Shown piece by piece: positions 8,786-18,332 of a stretch of 64,000 nucleotides of DNA. The notes beneath the pieces were generated by a model, which worked only from the letters and a program-made list of their open reading frames with translations, searched no databases and was not told the origin of the DNA. The translations under genes were made by a program, and so were the position numbers. The stretch is from Trueperaceae bacterium (GTDB lineage: Bacteria > Deinococcota > Deinococci > Deinococcales > Trueperaceae): NCBI GenBank assembly GCA_034520945.1, contig JAXHNB010000002.1:1-64000 (forward strand). Direction: 5' to 3'. Positions within the stretch are counted from its first letter, which is position 1, and every line of letters begins with the position of its first letter.

Positions 8786-9819
8786 GAAGCGGTTCCTTCC
8801 ATGGCGGGAGCGCGGGCGGTCCGGGCCGACGAGGCGCGCACCACCAGTTCGGGCTGCAGGACGATGCCGACGCTGCGCTGCCGTCCCTCCATGCGGGCCA
8901 GCAGCATCCGCATGGCATGCACGCCGAGATCGTACGTCGGCACGTGCAGGGTCGTCAGGGCAGGGGTGAACATGCGGGCGAAGGGGATGTCGTCGTACCC
9001 CACCACGGCCACGTCGTCCGGCAGGACGCGGCCGCGTTCGCTCAGGAGCTGCATGGCGCCGGCGGCGACCAGGTCGTTGAAGCACACCAATCCGTCCAGG
9101 TGGGGCGCGCGGTCGAACAGTTCTGCGGTGGCGCGGCGCCCGCCGACGACGGTTGGCGCGCCGAACACGACGCGCTGGGCCGGCATGTCGAGCTCGGCCG
9201 TGGCCAACTCGTGCGTGATGCCGCGGCGGCGCTCCTGGCCGGCGTGCGACTCGCGCGGACCGGCCAGGACCCCCAACCGCGTGCGGCCGCCGTCCAGGAG
9301 GTGCCGCACGGCCAGTTGCGCACCGTGCTCGTGGTCGACCCGCACCGAGCCGGCCACCCGCGCCGGGGCGTGGCGGTTGACGATCACGGCCGCATCGTGC
9401 CGCGCCAGAAGTGCGTGGAGGCGTCGCTCGGGCAGGCGCGGGCTGCACGCGATCACCCCGTCGATCCGGCGGTCCTCGAACGCCTGCAGCGCCGCCGCTT
9501 CGCGCTCCACGTCCTCGATGACGTTGTTCAACAACAGGGTGTAGCCGGCCTCGAAGGCGACGTCCTCCGCGCCCCGCACGATCTCGGGAAAGTAGGGGTT
9601 GGTGATGTCCGGCACCAGCAGCCCCAGGGTGCGGGAGCGGGCGGCCTTGAGGCCACGCGCGACGATGTTGGGGCGGTAGCCGAGCGACGCGACGGCTTCG
9701 CGGACGCGGCGGCGGGTGGCCTCCCCGACGCCGGGCCGGTCGTTGACCACGCGGGACACGGTCATCACCGACACGCCGGCCTCCGCCGCCACGTGGGCGA
9801 GGGTGACCTTCTCCGGCAC
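8782..9819 (-). CDS. LacI-family transcriptional regulator
   Basis: TLAHVAAEAGVSVMTVSRVVN HTH, YRPN and VVGYDD; GTG 9819 with GGAGG RBS. Confidence 0.95.
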   Translation of the reverse strand: MPEKVTLAHVAAEAGVSVMTVSRVVNDRPGVGEATRRRVREAVASLGYRPNIVARGLKAARSRTLGLLVPDITNPYFPEIVRGAEDVAFEAGYTLLLNNVIEDVEREAAALQAFEDRRIDGVIACSPRLPERRLHALLARHDAAVIVNRHAPARVAGSVRVDHEHGAQLAVRHLLDGGRTRLGVLAGPRESHAGQERRRGITHELATAELDMPAQRVVFGAPTVVGGRRATAELFDRAPHLDGLVCFNDLVAAGAMQLLSERGRVLPDDVAVVGYDDIPFARMFTPALTTLHVPTYDLGVHAMRMLLARMEGRQRSVGIVLQPELVVRASSARTARAPAMEGTAS

Positions 9820-9875
9820 CCGTTGGGCCTCCAAGCTCGGGACCTCCTGAACCGTGCCGCGCGCCTGCGCGGTGG

Positions 9876-9889
9876 GGATAACGATAACG
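9876..9889. promoter_or_regulatory. Putative LacI operator 1 (GGATAACGATAACG)
   Basis: Shares GATAACGNTAACG with the site at 10102; lies downstream of a minus-strand TAGACT -10 box (9903-9908). Confidence 0.6.
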
Positions 9890-10003
9890 GCCTCTGGCAC
9901 CGAGTCTAGCGCCGAACCGGGCGTCGCCGCAAGGCGGACGCTGGGACGCGACCCGCGCGAGCGCGAGGAGCGGCGGCGGTTGACAGGGCCGAGCGTCAGC
10001 GCG

Positions 10004-10033
10004 TTGACGCGTTCGCGACGGGCGTGCTAGGTT
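10004..10033 (+). promoter_or_regulatory. Putative sigma70-type promoter of the TRAP operon
   Basis: TTGACG-18 nt-TAGGTT. Confidence 0.5.
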
Positions 10034-10101
10034 TGATTCAACGATTCTGTCATGCGCCGCGCCGCGTCGGAAGTCGACGCGCCCATGGACGGACCGTAGC
10101 T

Positions 10102-10115
10102 TGATAACGCTAACG
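10102..10115. promoter_or_regulatory. Putative LacI operator 2 (TGATAACGCTAACG)
   Basis: CG-centred imperfect palindrome of LacI type upstream of dctP. Confidence 0.65.
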
Positions 10116-10243
10116 TCACCCAGGGCGAGCGGCCCGGCCCAGCGCGGCCGAAAGGAGGAGGCTCGAGGTCCACGCCGGCACGTTCCGCACGCGCCTCAGG
10201 CCCGTGCGTCAGCCGTACGCCCCCTTTCCTTCGAGGAGGCACC

Positions 10244-11218
10244 ATGCGAAACCTGCTACGCATCACCGCACTCACCGTTCTTACGGCCCTTCTGGCCGGC
10301 GCGGTCGCTCAGGAGATCACCCTGCGCGCCGCCGACAACCAGCCCGAGGACTACCCCACCGTGCAGGGCCTGTACCACATGGCGGAGTACATCGAGTCCG
10401 CCACCGACGGCCGCATCGTGATGGAGGTGTTCCCCAGCGGGCAGCTCGGCGACGAGCGCACCACCATCGAGCAGGTGCAGCTCGGCGTGATCGACGTCGT
10501 CCGCACCAGCACCAGCCCCGTCGGCGAGTTCTATCCGCCCATGGGCGTGTACAGCCTGCCCTACATCTTCCGTGGCGAGAGCCACATGTGGCGGGTCGTC
10601 AACGGGCCCATCGGCCGTGAGCTGCTGGACGGCCTGCGCGAGGCCGACATGGTGGGCCTGGCGTACTACGACTCGGGCAGCCGCAACTTCTACACCACCG
10701 AGACCCCGATCGAGAGCGCCAGCGACCTCGAGGGCATGCGCATCCGCACCCAACAGAGCGAGGTCGTGCTGGACATGATGGAGGCCCTCGGCGCCGAGCC
10801 GGTGCCGATGGCGTTCGAAGAGGTGTACTCCTCGCTGCAGACCGGCGTGATCGACGGGGCCGAGAACAACTTCCCCTCCTACGGCCCGTTCGGCGTCCAG
10901 CACTACGAGGTTGCGCCCTACTTCACGCTCGACGGTCACGCCCGCGTGCCCGAGGTCGTGATGATCTCGCAGAGCACCTGGGACAGCCTCAGCGCTGAAG
11001 ACCAGGCCATCGTGCGCGAGGCTGCCCTCGCCTCGGCCACCGTGCAGGCCTCCCTGTGGGACGACCTCGTCACCGAGAGCCGCGAGGCCGTGATCGAGGA
11101 AGGCAGCGAGATCTTCACCGTCGACACCAGCGAATTCCAGGAGGCGATGGATCCGCTGTACGAAGAGTACGGCGCGGAATTCGGTGAGCTGGTGGACCGC
11201 ATTTTGGCGACCGAGTGA
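10244..11218 (+). CDS. dctP: TRAP transporter solute-binding protein, probably for uronates/sugar acids
   Basis: Signal peptide, FPSGQLG, RIRTQ (carboxylate-binding Arg), EVYSSLQTGVIDGAENN; GAGGAGG RBS. Confidence 0.95.
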   Translation: MRNLLRITALTVLTALLAGAVAQEITLRAADNQPEDYPTVQGLYHMAEYIESATDGRIVMEVFPSGQLGDERTTIEQVQLGVIDVVRTSTSPVGEFYPPMGVYSLPYIFRGESHMWRVVNGPIGRELLDGLREADMVGLAYYDSGSRNFYTTETPIESASDLEGMRIRTQQSEVVLDMMEALGAEPVPMAFEEVYSSLQTGVIDGAENNFPSYGPFGVQHYEVAPYFTLDGHARVPEVVMISQSTWDSLSAEDQAIVREAALASATVQASLWDDLVTESREAVIEEGSEIFTVDTSEFQEAMDPLYEEYGAEFGELVDRILATE

Positions 11219-11241
11219 CGCTCGGGTCGGCCTGAGGCGAC

Positions 11242-13182
11242 ATGGAACAACCGGACCACCACGACGCGGAGGGGCCTCAGGCCCCTTCGCGTTCGTTTTG
11301 GGCGCGCGCCGGCACCGCCTTCGTATGGGCGTTGCGGGTGGTTACCGTCGCCCTGCTGTCGGCGCTCGTCCTGACCATCTCGTGGCAGGTCGCCACGCGC
11401 TACCTTCCCGGCCTTAGCGTCCCGCGCTGGACCGAGGAGGTCAGCCTCATCTTCATGGTGTGGCTCAGCCTGCTGGGCAGCGCCCTGGCCGTGCGCCGCG
11501 CCGAGCACCTCGCCATGGATTTGGTCGCTCGGCAGTTGCCCCCCTCGCTGCAACGCTGGCTGTACCGCCTGGTGTGGCTCGTCGTCGCAGGCTTCTCCCT
11601 CTATTTGATCTGGTACGGGACCGAACTGGCCACCCGCACCATGGGCCAGACCTTCTCGGCCACCAAACTGCCGATCGGCCTGATGTATTACGCCCTGCCC
11701 GCCGGCGGCGCGGTGATGGCGCTGTACGCGATTACCAACATCTTCCGCCGCCCCGAGGTGAACGTCGCCGAGGTGGTCGAGTCGGCTCCGCCGCAAAACC
11801 GCCTGCTCCAAGCGGGCGCCGTCGTCATCGGACTGGCGGTGATCGGCGGCGCGATCGCGATCCTGGGCGTGGACACGGTGCTGGGGCCCATCGGCGTGCT
11901 GTTGGGGACGTTCGCACTGGCGCTGGTGATGGGGATCCCCATCGCGTTCGGCCTCGGCATCGCGGCGCTGGCGGCGATTCTGGTCCTCGGTCCGCCCCCC
12001 CTGATCGTGGCGCAACGGATGGCGTCGGGGGTCAACTCGACCCCGCTGCTGGCGATCCCCTTCTTCATCCTGGCGGGCCAGTTGATGAGCGAGGGCGGCA
12101 TCGCCCAACGCCTGGTCGACTTCGCGCGGGTGATGGTCGGCCCCATCCGCGGCGGCCTGGCGATGGTGAACGTGGTGGCCTCGATGCTGTTCGGCGGGGC
12201 GTCCGGCTCCTCGGTCGGGGACGTCAGCGCCAACGGGTCCATCCTGATCCCCATGATGAAGCGCAAGGGGTACGACACCGACTTCAGCGTGGCGATCACG
12301 GTGACGTCGTCGACGCAGGGGCTGATCATCCCGCCCAGCCACAATGCCGTGATCTACAGCCTGGCGGCGGGCGGCGTCTCGATCGGGGCGCTGTTCCTGG
12401 GCGGCTACCTGCCCGGCATCCTGATCGGCCTGTCGCTGATGGCGGCGTCGTACGCGATTGCGTTGCGGCGCGACTACCCGCGCGAACCTCGCCCACCGGT
12501 CCTGGAGAGCATCAAGATCTCCCTACAGGCCATCCCGGGCTTGTCGGTCGGGTTCATCATCGTCGGTGGGATCGCCTTCGGCTTCTTCACCGCGACCGAG
12601 GCGGCCGCCATCGGGACGGTGGTGGCGTTGCTGGTCGGCGCGTTCGTGCACCGCGAGCTCTCCTTCGCCAAGCTGGGCAAGGCGTTGCTGCAGGCGGTGC
12701 GGACCATCAGCATCGTGGTGTTCCTGATCGCGACCGCCAGCGCCTTCGCCTGGCTGATGGCCTACCTGCGGATCCCCGGCACCATGGCCAGCGGACTGTT
12801 GGGCCTGACCGAGAACCGCATTCTGTTGCTGCTCAGCATCAACCTGATGCTGCTGGTGTTGGGCGCGATCATGGACATGGCGCCGCTGATCCTGATCCTC
12901 ACCCCGGTGCTGCTCCCCATCGTCACCGGCCCTATCATCGGCATGAGCGAAGTGCATTTCGGCATCGTGATGATGATGAACCTCGGCCTGGGCCTTACCA
13001 CCCCGCCGGTCGGCACCGCCCTGTTCGTCGGGTGCGCCATCGGCGGCATCCGCATCGAGGAGGCCAGCCGCGCCATGATCTGGTTGTGGCCCGCCATGCT
13101 GTTCGCCCTGTTGATGGTGACGTTCTTCCCTTGGTTCGTCGAGTTCCTGCCGGGCGTGGTGGCTCGGCTGACGGCGGGGTGA
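11242..13182 (+). CDS. dctM: TRAP transporter fused small+large permease (DctQ-DctM)
   Basis: N-terminal WTEEVS..HLAMD DctQ part, then LLAIPFFILAG, IIPPS, FTATEA and TPPVG DctM motifs; 646 aa. Confidence 0.93.
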   Translation: MEQPDHHDAEGPQAPSRSFWARAGTAFVWALRVVTVALLSALVLTISWQVATRYLPGLSVPRWTEEVSLIFMVWLSLLGSALAVRRAEHLAMDLVARQLPPSLQRWLYRLVWLVVAGFSLYLIWYGTELATRTMGQTFSATKLPIGLMYYALPAGGAVMALYAITNIFRRPEVNVAEVVESAPPQNRLLQAGAVVIGLAVIGGAIAILGVDTVLGPIGVLLGTFALALVMGIPIAFGLGIAALAAILVLGPPPLIVAQRMASGVNSTPLLAIPFFILAGQLMSEGGIAQRLVDFARVMVGPIRGGLAMVNVVASMLFGGASGSSVGDVSANGSILIPMMKRKGYDTDFSVAITVTSSTQGLIIPPSHNAVIYSLAAGGVSIGALFLGGYLPGILIGLSLMAASYAIALRRDYPREPRPPVLESIKISLQAIPGLSVGFIIVGGIAFGFFTATEAAAIGTVVALLVGAFVHRELSFAKLGKALLQAVRTISIVVFLIATASAFAWLMAYLRIPGTMASGLLGLTENRILLLLSINLMLLVLGAIMDMAPLILILTPVLLPIVTGPIIGMSEVHFGIVMMMNLGLGLTTPPVGTALFVGCAIGGIRIEEASRAMIWLWPAMLFALLMVTFFPWFVEFLPGVVARLTAG

Positions 13183-13186
13183 GGCC

Positions 13187-14215
13187 ATGAATCCGGATGT
13201 CGTCGGTCGTGCCGCCGGAGATCCGCCCGAGGTGCGCTTCAGCATCGTCGGTTGCGGCGAGGTGACCGAGGTCAAGTCGGGCCCCGCCTTCCAGCGCGTT
13301 CCGGGAAGTTCGCTTACTGCCGTGATGCGACGCGACGCCGCCAAGGCCGAGGACTACGCCCGCCGGCACGGCGTCCCGCGCTGGACCACCGAGGCGCGCG
13401 AGGTGATCTTCGCGGACGACGTCGACGCCGTCTACGTGGCGACCCCGCCGAACGCGCACGCCCCGTACGTGCACATGGCGGCGGAGGCCGGCAAGCCCGT
13501 CTACGTCGAGAAGCCCATGGGCATGACGCTCCTGGAATGCGAGACCATGAACGACGCCTGCCGCCGCGCCGGCGTGCCGCTCTTCGTGGCGTACTACCGG
13601 CGGGCGCTGCCGCGCTTCGAGCGGGTCCGCGCCTTGATCGCCGAAGGCGCGATCGGCACGCCGCGAACGGTGCGCGTCACCTTGACGCAACCGACGCCCG
13701 AGGAGGCGCGGACCGGCTGGCGCTTCGATCCCCTGGTGGCCGCCGGCGGCCTGTTCGTGGACCTGGGCAGCCACACCTTCGATCTGCTGGACCACTGGCT
13801 CGGACCGGTCACGGACGTGTCGGCGCGCGCCGTCGCTCGGCACCCCGGCGGGCGCGTGGAGGACGAGGTGAGCGCCCGGTTCTCCTTCGAGAACGGCGTG
13901 CACGGCGTGGGCGTGTGGGCGTTCGACGTGCCGGTGGTGCAGGACGAGGTGCAGATCACGGGCACGGCCGGCCGGGTGTCGGTGCCGATGTTCATGGACG
14001 GCCCAGTCGTGCACGTCGGGGCGGACGGCCAGGAACGACGCGAGGAGATCGCGCATCCCGCCCACGTCCAGGAGCCGCTCATCCGCCAGATGGTGGACGA
14101 GCTCCGTGGGGTTGGGGGACCGTGCGTCAGCACCGGGGTCAGCGCGGCGCGGACGCAAGGGGTGCTGGACGCGGTGCTGCACGAGCAGCGGCGGGGGCGG
14201 GTAAGAGGTTCCTAG
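13187..14215 (+). CDS. Gfo/Idh/MocA family oxidoreductase
   Basis: GCGEVTEVKSGPAF, YVEKPM and GGLFVDLGSHTFD. Confidence 0.92.
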   Translation: MNPDVVGRAAGDPPEVRFSIVGCGEVTEVKSGPAFQRVPGSSLTAVMRRDAAKAEDYARRHGVPRWTTEAREVIFADDVDAVYVATPPNAHAPYVHMAAEAGKPVYVEKPMGMTLLECETMNDACRRAGVPLFVAYYRRALPRFERVRALIAEGAIGTPRTVRVTLTQPTPEEARTGWRFDPLVAAGGLFVDLGSHTFDLLDHWLGPVTDVSARAVARHPGGRVEDEVSARFSFENGVHGVGVWAFDVPVVQDEVQITGTAGRVSVPMFMDGPVVHVGADGQERREEIAHPAHVQEPLIRQMVDELRGVGGPCVSTGVSAARTQGVLDAVLHEQRRGRVRGS

Positions 14216-14368
14216 TTGACGCGCAGGTCGCACGTGCGTGGTCCCGTTGCGCCCTCACGGAAGCGTCGTATTCGGCGAATCGCGTTCGGGAGGTACCCAT
14301 GTCCGCCCTAGGCCAGGAAAAGACCCAACAGGCCCTACGTCACATCCCTCGCGGATGCGTTCACCACC

Positions 14369-14623
14369 TTGATGCAGGAGCTCGCGCCGGCTCATGTCCA
14401 CCTGAACTACAGCGAACGGGACGTGCTCTGCGACGGACTTCGCTACGGGCAGTACCTGCACATCGCGCGCTTGCTGGCCGACGCCCGCAGCGTGACCGTG
14501 CTGCGCTCGCAACCCTGGCTGTGGCTTCCGCCGGGCCTCGCCATCTTCGTGACGGTGCTGTGCATCAATTTCCTCGGGGACGGCTTGCGAGACGCGATCA
14601 ACCCGCGCGCGGGCCGCGGCTAG
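14369..14623 (+). pseudogene. Remnant carrying the C-terminal ~50 aa of an OppC/DppC-type peptide ABC permease
   Basis: PWLWLPPGLAIFVTVLCINFLGDGLRDAINPR is a typical OppC C-terminus; the rest of the gene and operon is absent. Confidence 0.75.
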
Positions 14624-14831
14624 CCTGAAGTGGATCGCTTGACTTCGATGGTGGCGCCGCTCTCAGGCGGCCCGCCTCTGCAGTTCCGCCTGTTCCGGCG
14701 TGACGGACTTCGTCAGGTTCGCGACCGTGCCCGAGGCGCAGGACCGCGGTCTGGGCAGCTGGACGACGGCCGAGCGGAGGAACCGCGCTGCGCGCTCCAC
14801 GCGTCGTCCCCGCCGCGCGCTCTATGCTGGG

Positions 14832-15656
14832 ATGGTGCATCACGACCGGGTCCGCCAGCACTACGACCTCGCCAGCCCTCACTACCGGGCGTTGTGGGGC
14901 GTGCACATCCATCACGGCTACTGGGAGTTGGGCGACGAGTCGAAGGAGCTTGCGCAGGAGAAGCTGGTCGAGCTGCTGGCCCGTACGGCCGACGTGCGAT
15001 CGGGGATGCGGCTGCTGGACGTCGGGTGCGGGATCGGCGGCAGCTGCGTGCAGCTGGCGACGCGCTGGGGCGTCCGGGTCTGCGGCATCACCCTTTCGCC
15101 GGTGCAGGCGGAGATGGCGCGCGAGCTGGCCGCCGAGCAACACGCCGAGGTCGAGGTGCGCGTGATGGATGCGCAGGCGATGAGCTTCGCCAAAGAAGGG
15201 GCCCCGCCGTTCGATCGGATCTGGTCGATCGAAGCGCTGTCCCACCTGAGCGACCAGCGCGCCTTCTTTCAAAATGCCGCGGAGCTGCTGGCGCCGGGTG
15301 GTCGCGTGGCGGTGATCGATTGGTTCGAGGCGGAGGGCCTGAGCGACCAGCGGCGCGCACGCTTCGTGGATCCGATCCGAAGCGGCATGCTGACGCCGGG
15401 CATGACCACCATGGAGCGCTACGCTGGATACCTGGAGGAGGCCGGCCTGCGCGTGAGCGTGCGTGAGGACCTGAGCGCGCACGTGCGCCGCACCTGGGAC
15501 CTGACGATCGCGATGCTGGTGGACCGGAACCTGTGGGCGTTGGCGGCGGCGCACGGCCCCGAGTTCGTGGCGTTCCTGCGGGCGTTCCGCGCGATGCGGC
15601 GCGGCTACGCATCGGGCGCACTCCGTTACGGGATGCTGGTCGCCGAGCGGGGCTGA
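14832..15656 (+). CDS. Class I SAM-dependent methyltransferase (tocopherol/sterol C-methyltransferase-like)
   Basis: HYD..LWGVHIHHGYW, LLDVGCGIGG, GITLSPVQ and FDRIWSIEALSH; TATGCT just upstream (start may be GTG 14835). Confidence 0.88.
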   Translation: MVHHDRVRQHYDLASPHYRALWGVHIHHGYWELGDESKELAQEKLVELLARTADVRSGMRLLDVGCGIGGSCVQLATRWGVRVCGITLSPVQAEMARELAAEQHAEVEVRVMDAQAMSFAKEGAPPFDRIWSIEALSHLSDQRAFFQNAAELLAPGGRVAVIDWFEAEGLSDQRRARFVDPIRSGMLTPGMTTMERYAGYLEEAGLRVSVREDLSAHVRRTWDLTIAMLVDRNLWALAAAHGPEFVAFLRAFRAMRRGYASGALRYGMLVAERG

Positions 15657-15709
15657 TCGCCGAGGCCGCGCATGTGGCCACACGTCGTGAACGGGTCGAG
15701 AACCTCGGG

Positions 15710-17212
15710 TTAGCTGGGTTCGCAGGCGCTCTCCCCGTCGCGAACCACCGCCTCGACCTCGATCTCGACCTTCAGATCATCGCCGACCAGCCCGGCCAAC
15801 ACCAGCGTGTTGGCGGGGCGGACGTGCCGAAGGCGGTCGCCGTGCGTGCGGGTCACCGCTTCGACGTCCGCGGCGTGGGGCACGAAGACGCGGGTACGCA
15901 CCACGTCGTCCAGCGACGCGCCCAGGCTGCGGAGCGTGCCGGCGATCTTGTCCAGCACGAAGTGCGTCTGCGAGGCGGCGTCTTGGCCGCCGACCAGGCG
16001 CTCGCCGTGCTGGGCGGTGGTGCCGGAGACCTGCACGCGGTCACCGTCGCGCCAAGCGCGGGCGTAGCCGGCGATCCGCTCCCAGCGCGTGCCGGTATCG
16101 ACGATTCGGCGACCATCCGGTCGAACCTCGACCGGGTACGGGGCCGGGAGGCCGTCGAGGTGGTGGCTGAGGTCGCCCGACGCCGTCAGGTAGGGGGGCT
16201 TTCGGTACTCGTCGCCGCAATCGCCGGGAACCGGGGACAGGTCGGAGATCGCCGCCTCCAGTTCGGCGCGGTCTCGCTCACTCAATGCCATATCGAACAC
16301 CCGCAACGTGTCGGCCACGTGCTCGGAGGCGCCGAGCCGCGCGCCGATGATCACGCCGCCCACGCCAGGCGTGTCCAGAATCGCGCGGGTGGCGACGTTC
16401 GCGATCGAAGCGCCGTGCCGGTCGGCCACCCGCCGCGCCGCGCGTAGCACCGCCTGGTACGCGTCCCAGCCGCCGACCTGCGCGATGAAGCGGCGGTACT
16501 TGTTCAGCGACCACGGGGTCGTGTCGTCCCAGGCTGGCTCCGGGCGGTCCAGCCAGCGGTCGGTCAGCAACCCACCGGCCAGCGTGCCGTACGCCAACAC
16601 GTGCATCCCGCGCTCCGCACAGAACTGCGTCATGCCATGGGCGGCGCGCCGGTCCAGCAGCGAGAAACTGACCTGGTTCGACACCACCTCGATGCCGCTC
16701 TCCAAGGCCATCCGAAGGTGGGCGGTGTCGACGTTGGTCAGGCCGAGGTGCGCAATGCGTCCCTCGCCGCGCAGGATCATGAGGTGGTCCAGGGCGTCCA
16801 GCCAGGCGGGATCGTCGTACGCCCAGGCGTGGAACTGCAGCAGCGCAAGGCGGTCGGTTCGGAGACGCTCGCAGGCGCGGTCGACCGCGGCCCGTACCTG
16901 CTCGCCCGTCACCGGGCCCGGTTCGGGAACCCACTTGGTGAGCGCCTCGATCGGAGCGGCCTCGCCCCGCGTCGCGCGGTAGTGGCCGCAGATCAACTCG
17001 GCCGATCCGTAGTGGTCCGCCATGTCGAACGTGGTGAGGCCGGCCGCCACGTACCGCTCCATGGCCGTGGCGGCCTGTTCCGGATCGACCGTGTCGCCGT
17101 GACGCTCCATGTCGGCGATCTGCCACAAGCCGGTCAGGATCCGCGACACCTCGAGGCCGGGCGCCAGGGCGATGCGAGGGACGGACGAGGGAGCACCGGT
17201 GTCGGCAGGCAT
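15710..17212 (-). CDS. Aldo/keto reductase fused to a C-terminal RidA/YjgF-family domain
   Basis: [29 protein letters not shown]; then [39 protein letters not shown] 7 nt before ATG 17212. Confidence 0.88.
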   Translation of the reverse strand: MPADTGAPSSVPRIALAPGLEVSRILTGLWQIADMERHGDTVDPEQAATAMERYVAAGLTTFDMADHYGSAELICGHYRATRGEAAPIEALTKWVPEPGPVTGEQVRAAVDRACERLRTDRLALLQFHAWAYDDPAWLDALDHLMILRGEGRIAHLGLTNVDTAHLRMALESGIEVVSNQVSFSLLDRRAAHGMTQFCAERGMHVLAYGTLAGGLLTDRWLDRPEPAWDDTTPWSLNKYRRFIAQVGGWDAYQAVLRAARRVADRHGASIANVATRAILDTPGVGGVIIGARLGASEHVADTLRVFDMALSERDRAELEAAISDLSPVPGDCGDEYRKPPYLTASGDLSHHLDGLPAPYPVEVRPDGRRIVDTGTRWERIAGYARAWRDGDRVQVSGTTAQHGERLVGGQDAASQTHFVLDKIAGTLRSLGASLDDVVRTRVFVPHAADVEAVTRTHGDRLRHVRPANTLVLAGLVGDDLKVEIEVEAVVRDGESACEPS

Positions 17213-17367
17213 GTGCGGGAGTCTACCGCGCCCCGTTTTCCTGGAGGCCGCCTGCCCCTTGCGTGGCGCGCATCGCGGGCGCAAGATGGGCTCAGGATCG
17301 GCGCTCGGCGCTGGGCGCACCGGCATGGGGGCACCGCCGGCGCACGCCGGTCCGGAAAGGACGCCCC

Positions 17368-18225
17368 ATGATCGTCAAGGCACCGTTCGGAACCACCGGC
17401 CACCAAAGCAGCCGCGCCATCTTCGGCGCCGCCGCGCTGAGCGACGTGCGGCAGGCGGACGCCGACCGCGCCCTCGAGACGGCGCTGGACCACGGCGTGA
17501 ACCACATCGATACGGCCGCGTCGTACGGTGACTCGGAACTGCGCTTGGGGCCCTGGATGGCGCGCTACCGCGCCGATCTGTTCCTGGCCACCAAGACCGG
17601 CGCCCGGGACCGTGCGGGCGCGCGGGACGACCTGCACCGCTCGTTGCACCGCCTCCGCACCGACCACGTCGACCTGCTGCAACTTCACAACCTGGTGGAC
17701 CCCGAGGAGTGGGAACGGGCGCTGGGTCCCGGTGGCGCGCTGGAGGCGGCCGTCGAGGCGCGCCAGGAGGGCCTGGTGCGGTTCATCGGCGTCACCGGCC
17801 ACGGCGTGGAGGTCGCCGCGCGGCACCGCCAGAGCCTGGAACGCTTCGCGTTCGACGCGGTGTTGCTGCCGTACAGCTACGTGATGATGCAGAACCCGCG
17901 CTACGCGGCCGACTTCGAGGCGTTGGCCGACGTGTGCGAGGCGCGCGGCGTGGCGATGCAGACCATCAAGGCGATCACGCGCCGCCCCTGGGGCCCGCGC
18001 GCGCAGGACCGCGCCACCTGGTACCAGCCGCTGGAGGAGCCGGACGCCATCCGCTCGGCGGTGCACTGGGTGCTGGGCCGCCCGGGGGTGTTCCTGAACA
18101 CCGTCGGCGACGTCAACGTGCTGCCGCGGGCGCTGGAGGCCGCCGCCAGCTTCGAGGCGCGGCCCAGCGAGGAGGAGATGCAACGCCTGGTGGCGGACAA
18201 GGAGATGGAGCCCCTCTTCACCTGA
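17368..18225 (+). CDS. Aldo/keto reductase
   Basis: [19 protein letters not shown] and FIGVTGH; AAGGA RBS. Confidence 0.92.
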   Translation: MIVKAPFGTTGHQSSRAIFGAAALSDVRQADADRALETALDHGVNHIDTAASYGDSELRLGPWMARYRADLFLATKTGARDRAGARDDLHRSLHRLRTDHVDLLQLHNLVDPEEWERALGPGGALEAAVEARQEGLVRFIGVTGHGVEVAARHRQSLERFAFDAVLLPYSYVMMQNPRYAADFEALADVCEARGVAMQTIKAITRRPWGPRAQDRATWYQPLEEPDAIRSAVHWVLGRPGVFLNTVGDVNVLPRALEAAASFEARPSEEEMQRLVADKEMEPLFT

Positions 18226-18332
18226 GCGTGGGACACCGCGCCGGCCCGGGTGTACGCTGCCGCTGTCGCCATCCGAGGCGACGCGAATTCGGCCACGAGG
18301 TGCGGCAGGCCCGCGCTGGAGGGAGGACTCAG

